Below are positions 55,867 to 64,000 of a DNA stretch of 64,000 nucleotides, in pieces; position 1 is the first letter of the stretch; every line of letters starts with the position of its first letter. The DNA comes from an uncultured Gammaproteobacteria bacterium (lineage in GTDB: Bacteria > Patescibacteriota > Microgenomatia > Levybacterales > GWA1-39-11). The stretch spans positions 268,110-332,109 of the forward strand of contig CAYVKP010000001.1 of the NCBI GenBank assembly GCA_964452165.1, written 5' to 3'. Under the pieces are notes generated by a model. The model was given only the letters and a program-made list of their open reading frames with translations, was not told the origin of the DNA and ran no database searches. Made by a program: the position numbers and the translations under genes.

Positions 55867-57909
55867 TTAATCAGCGGTGGGAGGAGTTGGGGAACTTGGG
55901 TCAGGGTGGGCGTCTTTCATAAGTTGTGCTTTTGTCCATACTGCAAAATCGCACTTGGGGTAATTTCCACAACCATAAAAAGTTCTCCCACGGCGGGTTC
56001 TCTTGAGTACCATTTTTCCACCATCTTTGGGGCAAAGATAACCCGACTCTTCAACGATAGATTCTCGGAATTTACATGTTGGAAAATTATTGCAAGCCTT
56101 GAACTTTCCAAACCTTCCGATTCTTATGACTACGTCCCCACCGTCTAGGGGACATTTTTCGCCAGTTTTCTCGGGTTCAATAGTAATCTTTTCCTCCTGC
56201 TCGGCGCCGGCAATTTCACTAGCAAAAGGTCCATAAAATTCCTTAATGATAGGTACCCAATCTATTTTTCCATCTGCAATTTCATCTAGCTTATGCTCCA
56301 TCTCGGCCGTGAAGGGAATGTCATCAATGTTTGGAAAATTTTTGACAAGAAAATCATTGACCAAGATACCAATTTCGGTAGGCTTGAATCTATTTTCTTC
56401 TTTTTCAACATAGAATCTTGAAGTGATTGTTGAAATAATCGGAGCATATGTCGATGGTCTACCAATCCCATGCTTTTCAAGCGAGCCGATTAGTGAAGCT
56501 TCATTGTATCTTGGCGGAGGTGAACTCTGGTGGTTTGTAATTTTTGTCTCTGATAAGTTAAGATTGTCGCCCACTGTGAGTGGAGGTATTAATTGTTCGT
56601 CATCTTCGTAGAACCAGGTTTTAAGAAAACCATCAAATTTCATCACTCGGCCGTTTGCTTGGAAAGAATAAGTCTTATCACTCTTTGCCTCAACTTCTAT
56701 TCTCGTTGACATAAACACAGCATCGGCCATCTGCGTTGACAAGGCCCTCTTATATATAAGGTTATACAGCTTCGCGAAGTCCTTACCTAGTTTTGTTGAT
56801 ACGGCCTGTTCATCTTCAAATAGATTAGTTGGTCTGATTGCTTCGTGTGCCTCTTGGGCAAGCTTGGACTTTGTGTGATAAATACGCGGCGCATCAGGTA
56901 AATATTTTTTGCCGAAAGTTTTCTCGATATAGTTTCGTGCTTCTGATATAAAGTCATTAGATAGATTGTAGGAGTCAGTACGGTGGTACGTTATAAATCC
57001 TTCCTCATAGAGTCTTTGAGCAAGACTCATTGTCCTTTTACTGGGGTAGCCAAAACGTCTACTCGCTTCTATCTGAAGAAGAGAAGTTGTAAAGGGTGGG
57101 TAAGGAGCTCTTTTCGTTTCTTTTTGTGCGACATCGAGAATTTTAAATTCTTTACCGGCAAGATCATTTTTAATTGAATTGGCATCTGTTTGCGATAAAA
57201 CAGTTTTCGCGTATTTATAATCCCCGTCGTAAAGCGCGATGGCGGTGATTTTTTCAATTACTTCTCCGTTTATCTTAACCAGCTCGAAGTTGATAAGATT
57301 TTTACTCTCTTTAAAAAGTAGCGCAAATACTCTCGAGAAGTCTTCGCTTTTGAATTTTTCAATTTCTCTCTCTCGCTCAACTATAAGTCTCAGCGCTATT
57401 GATTGGACTCTGCCCGCGGATAATCCTTTTTTAATTTTTTGCCACAAGATTGGCGACAGCTTATATCCCACAATTCGATCTAAAATCCTTCTACCTGTTT
57501 GAGCTGCAACAAGATTTGCATCTAAGTCTTTAGGGTTTGCTATGGCTTCACTTATAGCGCGTGGAGTAATCTCATGAAAGACAATTCTTTCAAATTTTAT
57601 CTTTTTATTTTCCTGAGATAAGACCTCTTTTAAGTGATATGCGATTGCTTCCCCTTCCCGGTCAGGGTCAGTTGCTAGAATTATTTTCTCAACATCCTTA
57701 ACTTCACTTTTCAAGTTTTCCATTATTTTTCTCTTGTCTTTTGGTATTACATACTTTGGTTGGAAGTCGTGTTCTACATCTACGCCCAGAGTTCCCTTTG
57801 GTAAGTCTCGAATATGGCCCATCGATGCTTCAATAACATATTTACCACCCAAAAAACGGGTTAGTGTTTTTGCTTTTGTGGGCGACTCAACGAGTATTAA
57901 ATTTTTCAT
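55867..57909 (-). CDS. topA: DNA topoisomerase I with two C-terminal zinc ribbons
   Basis: TOPRIM MKNLILVESPTKAKTL.., active-site region, C-terminal C4 ribbons. Confidence 0.95.
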   Translation of the reverse strand: MKNLILVESPTKAKTLTRFLGGKYVIEASMGHIRDLPKGTLGVDVEHDFQPKYVIPKDKRKIMENLKSEVKDVEKIILATDPDREGEAIAYHLKEVLSQENKKIKFERIVFHEITPRAISEAIANPKDLDANLVAAQTGRRILDRIVGYKLSPILWQKIKKGLSAGRVQSIALRLIVEREREIEKFKSEDFSRVFALLFKESKNLINFELVKINGEVIEKITAIALYDGDYKYAKTVLSQTDANSIKNDLAGKEFKILDVAQKETKRAPYPPFTTSLLQIEASRRFGYPSKRTMSLAQRLYEEGFITYHRTDSYNLSNDFISEARNYIEKTFGKKYLPDAPRIYHTKSKLAQEAHEAIRPTNLFEDEQAVSTKLGKDFAKLYNLIYKRALSTQMADAVFMSTRIEVEAKSDKTYSFQANGRVMKFDGFLKTWFYEDDEQLIPPLTVGDNLNLSETKITNHQSSPPPRYNEASLIGSLEKHGIGRPSTYAPIISTITSRFYVEKEENRFKPTEIGILVNDFLVKNFPNIDDIPFTAEMEHKLDEIADGKIDWVPIIKEFYGPFASEIAGAEQEEKITIEPEKTGEKCPLDGGDVVIRIGRFGKFKACNNFPTCKFRESIVEESGYLCPKDGGKMVLKRTRRGRTFYGCGNYPKCDFAVWTKAQLMKDAHPDPSSPTPPTAD

Positions 57910-57962
57910 GAATTAAAGTATATCAGACGCAAGTCGCCTATTGTAAAGTATGAAAAACTAAT

Positions 57963-58856
57963 TTGCAAGCGACTGATGCTATAATCTTTTCTATGGAATC
58001 GATTTTATTCGGCCTGGTTGCTTATTCCGCTTGGGGATTTGCCTTCTTCTTTGAGGCAATTGCTGTAAGAAAACTAAACTATTACTCCCTAATATTCTGG
58101 GGCTTTTTCGTGAGTAGTTTGGTCTTGGGTATTTACGCTGTTAGTGTAGTAAATGATCTTTATAAGATAACTCCGGGTATTCTATTGGTAAGTCTGTTCG
58201 TTGTTTTCTGTTGGGTAGGGGGGACGATAGCCTACTACAAGGGTCTTAAAGTAGGTAACAGATCTTTGGTAGGTGCAATCTCAGCAGCTTTTCCAAGTGT
58301 CACCGTAGTTCTCTCAATACTAATCTTAAGAGAAAAGGTAAATGCAAATCAATTAGGGGCAGTAGGTCTCGTTTTATTAGGAATTATACTTTCAACCTTT
58401 GATTTGCCCGCGATTCTTAAAGGAAAAGTGAAAATTAATAATAGCGTACTTTTTGCTATCGTAGCGATGATTTGTTGGGGCGCAGCGTTTGCTTTTGTCA
58501 AAATTCCAGTACAAAAAATAGGGTGGTTTTGGCCAAACTACTTTGTCTTTCTAACATTTCCTCTCATCTATTTCTATATGTACTTGACGAAAATAAAGTT
58601 AGAACCGTTAACAAAGAATAACGCGTATATTATAGTTATTCCCTCAATAATTTTGCCAAGAATCGCTGAATTTGCCTACAACATTGGGATAAGCCGGGGG
58701 CTAGTTACTATAGTTGCTCCAATCGCGGGAGCAAACCCGACACTTTTTGTATTACTTGCGCTATTGTTTTTCAAAGACAAAATTACCAAGCAACAAATAG
58801 TAGGTATTGTTACAACCCTTGCAGGAATAGTCCTGTTAAGCCTTTTCAGTATCTAG
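57963..58856 (+). CDS. EamA/DMT-family membrane transporter (10 transmembrane helices)
   Basis: Two EamA-like repeats. Hydrophobic profile. Confidence 0.75.
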   Translation: MQATDAIIFSMESILFGLVAYSAWGFAFFFEAIAVRKLNYYSLIFWGFFVSSLVLGIYAVSVVNDLYKITPGILLVSLFVVFCWVGGTIAYYKGLKVGNRSLVGAISAAFPSVTVVLSILILREKVNANQLGAVGLVLLGIILSTFDLPAILKGKVKINNSVLFAIVAMICWGAAFAFVKIPVQKIGWFWPNYFVFLTFPLIYFYMYLTKIKLEPLTKNNAYIIVIPSIILPRIAEFAYNIGISRGLVTIVAPIAGANPTLFVLLALLFFKDKITKQQIVGIVTTLAGIVLLSLFSI

Positions 58857-59908
58857 GCAAAATATAACTCGGGGTTTGCTGTCAGGTTATGCCAGCTAGT
58901 CTCCTCGGGATTTAAGAGAGCATATGCTCCAATCATAGCGGCGTTATCGGTTGAATATTTTTTTTCCGGTGATGCAACATCGATTCCTAATTCTTTTGCT
59001 CTACCTATCATAGTTTTAATAAGTGCTTGATTTGCTGATACTCCACCGCCTAATATAATTGTTTTAGCATTATGCTTTTTGGCAGCACTTAAAGTTTTTT
59101 TAACTAGAACATCAACTATGGCAAGTTGCGTGGCAAAGCAAATTTCGTTAATTAACTCTTCGGTTAATTTTGTTTTCTCAACAAAACGCGCAACTTCGGC
59201 CTTAAGACCTGAGAAAGAAAAGTCAAACTCATTAGAATTGAGTAGGGGACTTTTAAATTTTAATTTAGGATTTGATATTTTTGACGCGCGCATTTCAATC
59301 TCGGGCCCTGCGGGATAAGACAATTTGAGCAGTCTACCAATTTTATCCAGCGCCTCACCCGCAGCGTCATCACGTGTTCCTCCGAGCCATTCAAAATTGT
59401 TCAATGTTCTAAATAACAACAAATCAGTATGACCACCGGAAACTATCAATCCAACAAAAGGGAAATTTATGCTTTCATTGTCTATAAAATTAGCAAATAA
59501 ATGAGCGAGTAAATGATTGACGGGAATTACCGGTTTGCCAAATGAAAAAGATAATGTTTTGACGGTTTCAACACCAACGAGAAGTGATCCGATCAGTCCC
59601 GGCCCATAAGTCACCGCAATAGCGTCGACCTTTTCCCTCAAAGTCTTGCTTGCCATATTGAATTTTTCATTCCAGTTTTTGATGTTTACCTCCTCAGAAT
59701 CTATAAGAGACTCAACAATTACCGGTATTATAGCTTTTAACTGTTCGCGGCTAGCAAATTCGGGAATTATTCCTCCTGTTTTTGCATGCATTTGGCTTGA
59801 GGAGGCAATGGTGTTGGATAAAACGTGGACGGACTGTTCGCCCTTAATCTTTTCAACGACTGCCGCGGCAGTTTCATCGCAAGACGTTTCAATTGCAAGA
59901 ATTCTCAT
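58853..59908 (-). CDS. tsaD: tRNA N6-adenosine threonylcarbamoyltransferase TsaD
   Basis: MRILAIETSCDETAAAVV.. ; ..VSGGH.. ; ..GGGVSAN.. Confidence 0.93.
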   Translation of the reverse strand: MRILAIETSCDETAAAVVEKIKGEQSVHVLSNTIASSSQMHAKTGGIIPEFASREQLKAIIPVIVESLIDSEEVNIKNWNEKFNMASKTLREKVDAIAVTYGPGLIGSLLVGVETVKTLSFSFGKPVIPVNHLLAHLFANFIDNESINFPFVGLIVSGGHTDLLLFRTLNNFEWLGGTRDDAAGEALDKIGRLLKLSYPAGPEIEMRASKISNPKLKFKSPLLNSNEFDFSFSGLKAEVARFVEKTKLTEELINEICFATQLAIVDVLVKKTLSAAKKHNAKTIILGGGVSANQALIKTMIGRAKELGIDVASPEKKYSTDNAAMIGAYALLNPEETSWHNLTANPELYFA

Positions 59909-59913
59909 GGAGA

Positions 59914-60387
59914 TTAAATTCCCTTGAGGTTAACGGTTGTGCCCTTTTGGATATTTAATTTTTGGGCAACCCCGGCATTGACCTCCAAAACGTAGTTTGC
60001 CGGCGCGTCGGGTCTATATATCTCTAGAGCTGAGTTTTTATTGGCTGGAGCCGGAGCATTTTTCACAACATACACTACCATATTATTATCTATATAAATT
60101 ATGTCGATAGGAAAGCGCATATCTTTCATCCAAAATGCGAATCTATCTTTATGGTCAAAAATAAAGAGCATGCCTTGGTTCTGGTTGATACTTTTTCTTC
60201 CCGAAAGACCCTTCTGTCTATCCTTCTCGTTCTTAACAACTATTAGATTTAATTTTGACTTTCCAATTTCAGCAGTTGGGTTGCCGCCAAAGTGTAGAAA
60301 TGACGGTATGCTTCCGCCGGCTTTAAAAACCGCTAGTAAAATAACTGCGATTATCAAAACTACATAAACAAGTATTAATTTTTTCAT
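59914..60387 (-). CDS. DUF192 family protein with N-terminal membrane anchor
   Basis: ..GMLFIFD.....FWMKDMRFPIDIIYID.. DUF192 pattern. Confidence 0.65.
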   Translation of the reverse strand: MKKLILVYVVLIIAVILLAVFKAGGSIPSFLHFGGNPTAEIGKSKLNLIVVKNEKDRQKGLSGRKSINQNQGMLFIFDHKDRFAFWMKDMRFPIDIIYIDNNMVVYVVKNAPAPANKNSALEIYRPDAPANYVLEVNAGVAQKLNIQKGTTVNLKGI

Positions 60388-60388
60388 C

Positions 60389-60865
60389 TTATAATTGTGC
60401 TAAATTTATAATCTTTGTTGTGGATTTGCTTTCGACTCTTTTCATTACCTCGATAATTTTTGCACCCGTCCTATTAACATAATCTTTCTCCCACTCAAAG
60501 ATTTTACTACCGGCACTAACTGCAATTATATCAGGTTCTAACTTTTTAACAAGTATCTCATAGTCTTCATTTTTAGTGAAATTCGGTAAGGGAAGAATGT
60601 AATCTGTAAAAGAAAAATTCGCAAGTATTGCAGCTCGGTTTTCCTGCGAGTTAACGGGTCTACCGGTTCCTTTGATTTTTTTTATTCGCTCATCGCTTTC
60701 AAGTAATATCACAAGTAGATTGCCCAGTTTTTTAGATTTTTTCAAAAATTCTATGTGAGCCGCGTGTAAAACATCAAAACAACCTCCTACAACAACCATT
60801 GTCTGGTTTTCGTTCTTGGCAGATTTCAACTTTTCTATATTCTCAATCTTGAGGATCTTACCCAT
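60389..60865 (-). CDS. cytidylyltransferase-like nucleotidyltransferase (HxGH motif), similar to HldE domain II or TagD
   Basis: ..VVGGCFDVLHAAHIEFL.. and downstream ..ISAGS.. motifs. Confidence 0.65.
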   Translation of the reverse strand: MGKILKIENIEKLKSAKNENQTMVVVGGCFDVLHAAHIEFLKKSKKLGNLLVILLESDERIKKIKGTGRPVNSQENRAAILANFSFTDYILPLPNFTKNEDYEILVKKLEPDIIAVSAGSKIFEWEKDYVNRTGAKIIEVMKRVESKSTTKIINLAQL

Positions 60866-60868
60866 TAT

Positions 60869-62281
60869 TTAAGTTTTTGTCCCGCGTAGGAAGACTGCCT
60901 GCCAGGGTTTGTAAACTGACACAAAAGTATCTTGAATTATAGTTTTTCCATCTTTTGTAACGGTTCTTGTAAAAATGGATTTAGCTCCCGGAGCGGCAAA
61001 ATCAACCTGTTTTACAACTCCGACAGGTAAGGTGGGGTCATCTTGATATGAATCAGGCGGAGCAGGAGCAATATTTGAGATTACAGGTTTTGAAATTGTA
61101 GCTTGTCTACCGTCACTCTTCCCGTAAAGCGTGAAGGTCATAGATAGATTAGTGGTGTCAGCATACCCTTGTATTAATATGTATTTACCCGTATCGTTTT
61201 TGAATTTCAAATCTACTGTTGGTACAAAAGTTGTAGCATCAAGCCCCGGAGGTTCGTCTTGTTCGTAATAGCCCACTCTATAAGCATGCGCATGCCTTTC
61301 GGTTATTGGGAGCCCGGCAGCGAGAATTGCGCGAAAAAGAGTGGTTGACACCTGACAAACTCCTCCGCCGTCTCCTAAAACTGTTTTTCCGTTTTGAATA
61401 ACATAAGCCTCTTCATATCCGGTAAATTTAGAGACATCTCCCAGAGCTTTATCAAAAGAAAATTCCTCACCTGGCGCAACCAGTACTCCATTTATTCTTG
61501 AGGTTGCCAAGGCAACGTTATGAATACGTCCCGGAATAGAATGATAAAAAGTAGAATGACCTTCGCCTATTGGTTCTACAATTCCTAAATTATTTACCTT
61601 CTCCGTTGTCACATTGGGCTCCACTTCTTTAATTGGAATATCTATCCTATGAATTCCTGGAGTTTGTTTTGGCAAGGCTGGTAAAAGTTGCAATACCCGG
61701 TCATTAAGAAGGTCGAAGTCTAGATTTTCTCCATTGCTCGATTGCCTGAAAGCAACGACTCTATTGTTCTTAACTTCAAACTGGGCGTCTACGGGGTCTT
61801 TGGCAATTTGTTTTTGAATCGGTGCAAGCTGTTTTTCAAGCTCATCGGAGTTATAATTGAGCGCACCGGTTAACAGTGTGCCATTTACATATGAGGACAA
61901 CACAATATAGGCGTCGCTTAAGATATTTTTAGTTTTTCCTAACGACAAGCTTTGAGAAGTTATTAAATCGACATCATAGCCAATACTCAGAGTTTTAGCG
62001 GAAATAGTCGAATCCATATCTTGCGCTGAAAACACGAAAGTATTTTTGCCTATTTTTTCATTCTTCTCATTGAATATTTTCTCTATCTCGCCTTTGGTTT
62101 CCCCGCCTATATATATGTTGTCCACAAAAACACCGGGAATTACGCGATCGTGATATGTGTGTTGGAAGTAAAAAAGAACGGCGCTCGCAAGAAGTGCCGC
62201 AGCCAAAATAAATCCTACAGCAAACCAGTAGATTGACTTAATAATATACGTCGCAGTGGCTTTATTAGGTAGATAGCGCAT
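60869..62281 (-). CDS. VanW-family protein with N-terminal transmembrane anchor
   Basis: VanW domain pattern ..VLVAPGEEFSFDKALGDVS...GYEEAYVI.NG..V...GGGVCQVSTTLFRA.. Confidence 0.8.
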   Translation of the reverse strand: MRYLPNKATATYIIKSIYWFAVGFILAAALLASAVLFYFQHTYHDRVIPGVFVDNIYIGGETKGEIEKIFNEKNEKIGKNTFVFSAQDMDSTISAKTLSIGYDVDLITSQSLSLGKTKNILSDAYIVLSSYVNGTLLTGALNYNSDELEKQLAPIQKQIAKDPVDAQFEVKNNRVVAFRQSSNGENLDFDLLNDRVLQLLPALPKQTPGIHRIDIPIKEVEPNVTTEKVNNLGIVEPIGEGHSTFYHSIPGRIHNVALATSRINGVLVAPGEEFSFDKALGDVSKFTGYEEAYVIQNGKTVLGDGGGVCQVSTTLFRAILAAGLPITERHAHAYRVGYYEQDEPPGLDATTFVPTVDLKFKNDTGKYILIQGYADTTNLSMTFTLYGKSDGRQATISKPVISNIAPAPPDSYQDDPTLPVGVVKQVDFAAPGAKSIFTRTVTKDGKTIIQDTFVSVYKPWQAVFLRGTKT

Positions 62282-62347
62282 TTTGGTTCAATAGATTTTT
62301 TGAAGACTAAAGTATTATACTATAGATAGAAGTGAATTGAGAGCAAT

Positions 62348-63730
62348 ATGGACGAAAATTTAGATTCCGCCGCCCAAGAAGAGCCAGTTTTGGAAGAAGA
62401 TGTCCCGCCGGCATTTCCCATAAAGAAAGTAGTAAGTTTAGTCGTGGGAATTGTAGTGGTTTTGATAGTTTTATTTATAGTATTTGTGGTTGTAATTCCA
62501 AAGCTGTCTCCTAAAAAGCCTCAAGATGTAACGCTTACTTATTGGGGCCTTTGGGAGGATACCTCGCCGCTCGTTGCTCTTGCCACAGAATTTACCAAAG
62601 AAAATCCGCATATTAAAGTGAATATTGAGAAACAGGATATTAAATCGCTCGGTAAATATATTGATAGACTTAAGACCAGAATGTCTCAGGGTACAGGACC
62701 TGACGTTTTTAGATTTAGCAATAGTTGGGTACTTGAGGTCTCACCTCTTCTGTTACCTCTTCCTCAAGATGTTGTAAAATCTACAGAGCTTGACAGTAAA
62801 TTTTTCCCGGTTGTCGCACGAGACCTAAAGATAAACGGCGCCTACTATGGTGTTCCAATACACTTTGACACCCTCGCTCTTTTTGTTAACACACAAATTT
62901 TCAAAGAGAACGGAATTGATACCTATCCTTCCACATGGGAAGATCTATATCCACTCGCTCTAAAGCTTACCGTAAAAGATAGCACAGATGGAAAGATAAC
63001 CACTTCGGGTATCGCGATGGGAACATATGATAATGTTTCACACGCTCCGGATATAATATCCTTGTTAATGGCGCAAAATGGAGCCAATCCAAAAAATTTA
63101 AGCGCTTCAAGACAAGCAAGTGTCCAAGCGCTTGATTTCTACACATCTTTGGCAAAAGGAGAAACACAGGTATGGAATGCTACTATGGATAATTCTACCC
63201 TTGCTTTTGCAAAAGGGAACGTCGCGATGTACATAGGTTATTCGTGGGATATTTTCCAAATTAAAGCAGTAAATCCGGATTTGCAATTTGCTGTTTTGCC
63301 GGCACCTCGCGTAGCTGGTGGGAATGAAGCGACAATCGCAAGTTATTGGGTTGAGGGGGTATCATCCTCGACTAAATATCCTAAGGAGGCATTTGAATTT
63401 CTTAAATTCTTAACGTCTAAAAATTCAATGCAGCAACTTTACTCTCAAGAGTCAAAGGTGCGTCTATTTGGAGAACTGCCTCCCAGGAAAGACCTAGCGG
63501 ATAGCCTGTCATCGAATACATTGATATATCCCTTTGTTTCACAAGGCAAAAATGCAACGTCAACAATTTTCGCATCTGATACTCACGACGATGCCATGGT
63601 TGATGGACTCAATGCTTATCTTGGAAATGCTATAAGATCAATTATTTTGGATAACTCGTCCTCCGATACGGCACTCGATACATTAATTGCCGGTCAAAAC
63701 CAAATAATCTCAAAAAATGCAGGAAAATAA
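62348..63730 (+). CDS. ABC transporter extracellular solute-binding protein (family 1, sugar/oligosaccharide type) with N-terminal transmembrane anchor
   Basis: SBP_bac_1-like pattern (..LTYWGLWEDTSP.., ..MYIGYSWD..). N-terminal hydrophobic helix. Confidence 0.78.
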   Translation: MDENLDSAAQEEPVLEEDVPPAFPIKKVVSLVVGIVVVLIVLFIVFVVVIPKLSPKKPQDVTLTYWGLWEDTSPLVALATEFTKENPHIKVNIEKQDIKSLGKYIDRLKTRMSQGTGPDVFRFSNSWVLEVSPLLLPLPQDVVKSTELDSKFFPVVARDLKINGAYYGVPIHFDTLALFVNTQIFKENGIDTYPSTWEDLYPLALKLTVKDSTDGKITTSGIAMGTYDNVSHAPDIISLLMAQNGANPKNLSASRQASVQALDFYTSLAKGETQVWNATMDNSTLAFAKGNVAMYIGYSWDIFQIKAVNPDLQFAVLPAPRVAGGNEATIASYWVEGVSSSTKYPKEAFEFLKFLTSKNSMQQLYSQESKVRLFGELPPRKDLADSLSSNTLIYPFVSQGKNATSTIFASDTHDDAMVDGLNAYLGNAIRSIILDNSSSDTALDTLIAGQNQIISKNAGK

Positions 63731-64000
63731 GATAATTACTTCCATAATAAAGACACTATCGTATTCCGATATTTTTGATTTTCCCCTAACGCGGGAAGAA
63801 ATCTACAAATATTATATTGGTGAAAAGGTATCTCGAGGAGCAATGTCTCATGTTTTACGTGAGATGGTCAAAGCCGGTCAAATAAGTAAAGAAAATAATC
63901 TCTATTTTCTAAACGGACGGCAGAAATTGTGCAAGATAAGAAAAAATCGAAAAACAGAAAGCGTTCCTAAAATGGTCTTGGCTTTAAAAACCATAGATAT
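63717..64000 (+). CDS. hypothetical protein, 5' fragment (runs off the window end)
   Basis: ATG 63717 overlaps the SBP stop. Open to the end of the window (MQENKIITSIIKTLSYSDIFDFPLTREEIYKYY...). Confidence 0.3.
   Translation, partial: MQENKIITSIIKTLSYSDIFDFPLTREEIYKYYIGEKVSRGAMSHVLREMVKAGQISKENNLYFLNGRQKLCKIRKNRKTESVPKMVLALKTID

Noticed and set aside
1-64000. CRISPR arrays, inteins in rpoB/rpoC/recA/topA, group I/II introns, reverse transcriptase/DGR, transposases or integrases, prophage genes
   Set aside because: No repeat-spacer periodicity seen. The large conserved proteins have normal lengths with contiguous conserved motifs. No RT (YxDD) or DDE or tyrosine-recombinase-like ORFs noticed.
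1-64000. Alternative genetic code (TGA read as Gly/Trp, as in some CPR lineages)
   Set aside because: Conserved genes terminate at positions expected from homologues, and no in-frame TGA interrupts conserved domains. The standard code fits.

Overview
Low-GC (~40%), very compact bacterial chromosome segment dominated by the translation/transcription 'superoperon'. In order: a partial MltG-like tail, rpoB-rpoC, rpsL-rpsG, an inserted island, fusA, a second inserted block, tuf-rpsJ, an opposite-strand CDF transporter, then the S10-spc-alpha cluster (rplC through rplQ with secY-adk-map-infA), rplM-rpsI, then convergent recX-recA, a tRNA-Pro, a minus-strand operon (glycerate kinase, split transketolase, FAD oxidase), RNase Y-like, HU, RNase P RNA, a UvrD-nuclease fusion, rmuC, topA, tsaD, VanW and a solute-binding protein. 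The gene content and organisation resemble Candidate Phyla Radiation/Patescibacteria-like genomes. Features pointing that way: L30 is missing between rpsE and rplO, several ribosomal proteins carry terminal extensions, rpoB is short, and the str/S10 operons are fragmented. This cannot be confirmed without searches. Standard genetic code. I found no CRISPR array, intein, reverse transcriptase, transposase or obvious prophage. The most interesting loci are: (i) a ~3.6 kb island inserted between rpsG and fusA that holds a leaderless-promoter orphan gene and a pair of overlapping orphan genes sharing an internal motif; (ii) a 37-aa rpmJ (L36) gene missed by the ORF track and sitting unusually between rplX and rplE; (iii) an L24 variant carrying a Cys4 motif; (iv) promoter-plus-terminator leader hairpins upstream of rpoB and rplC.
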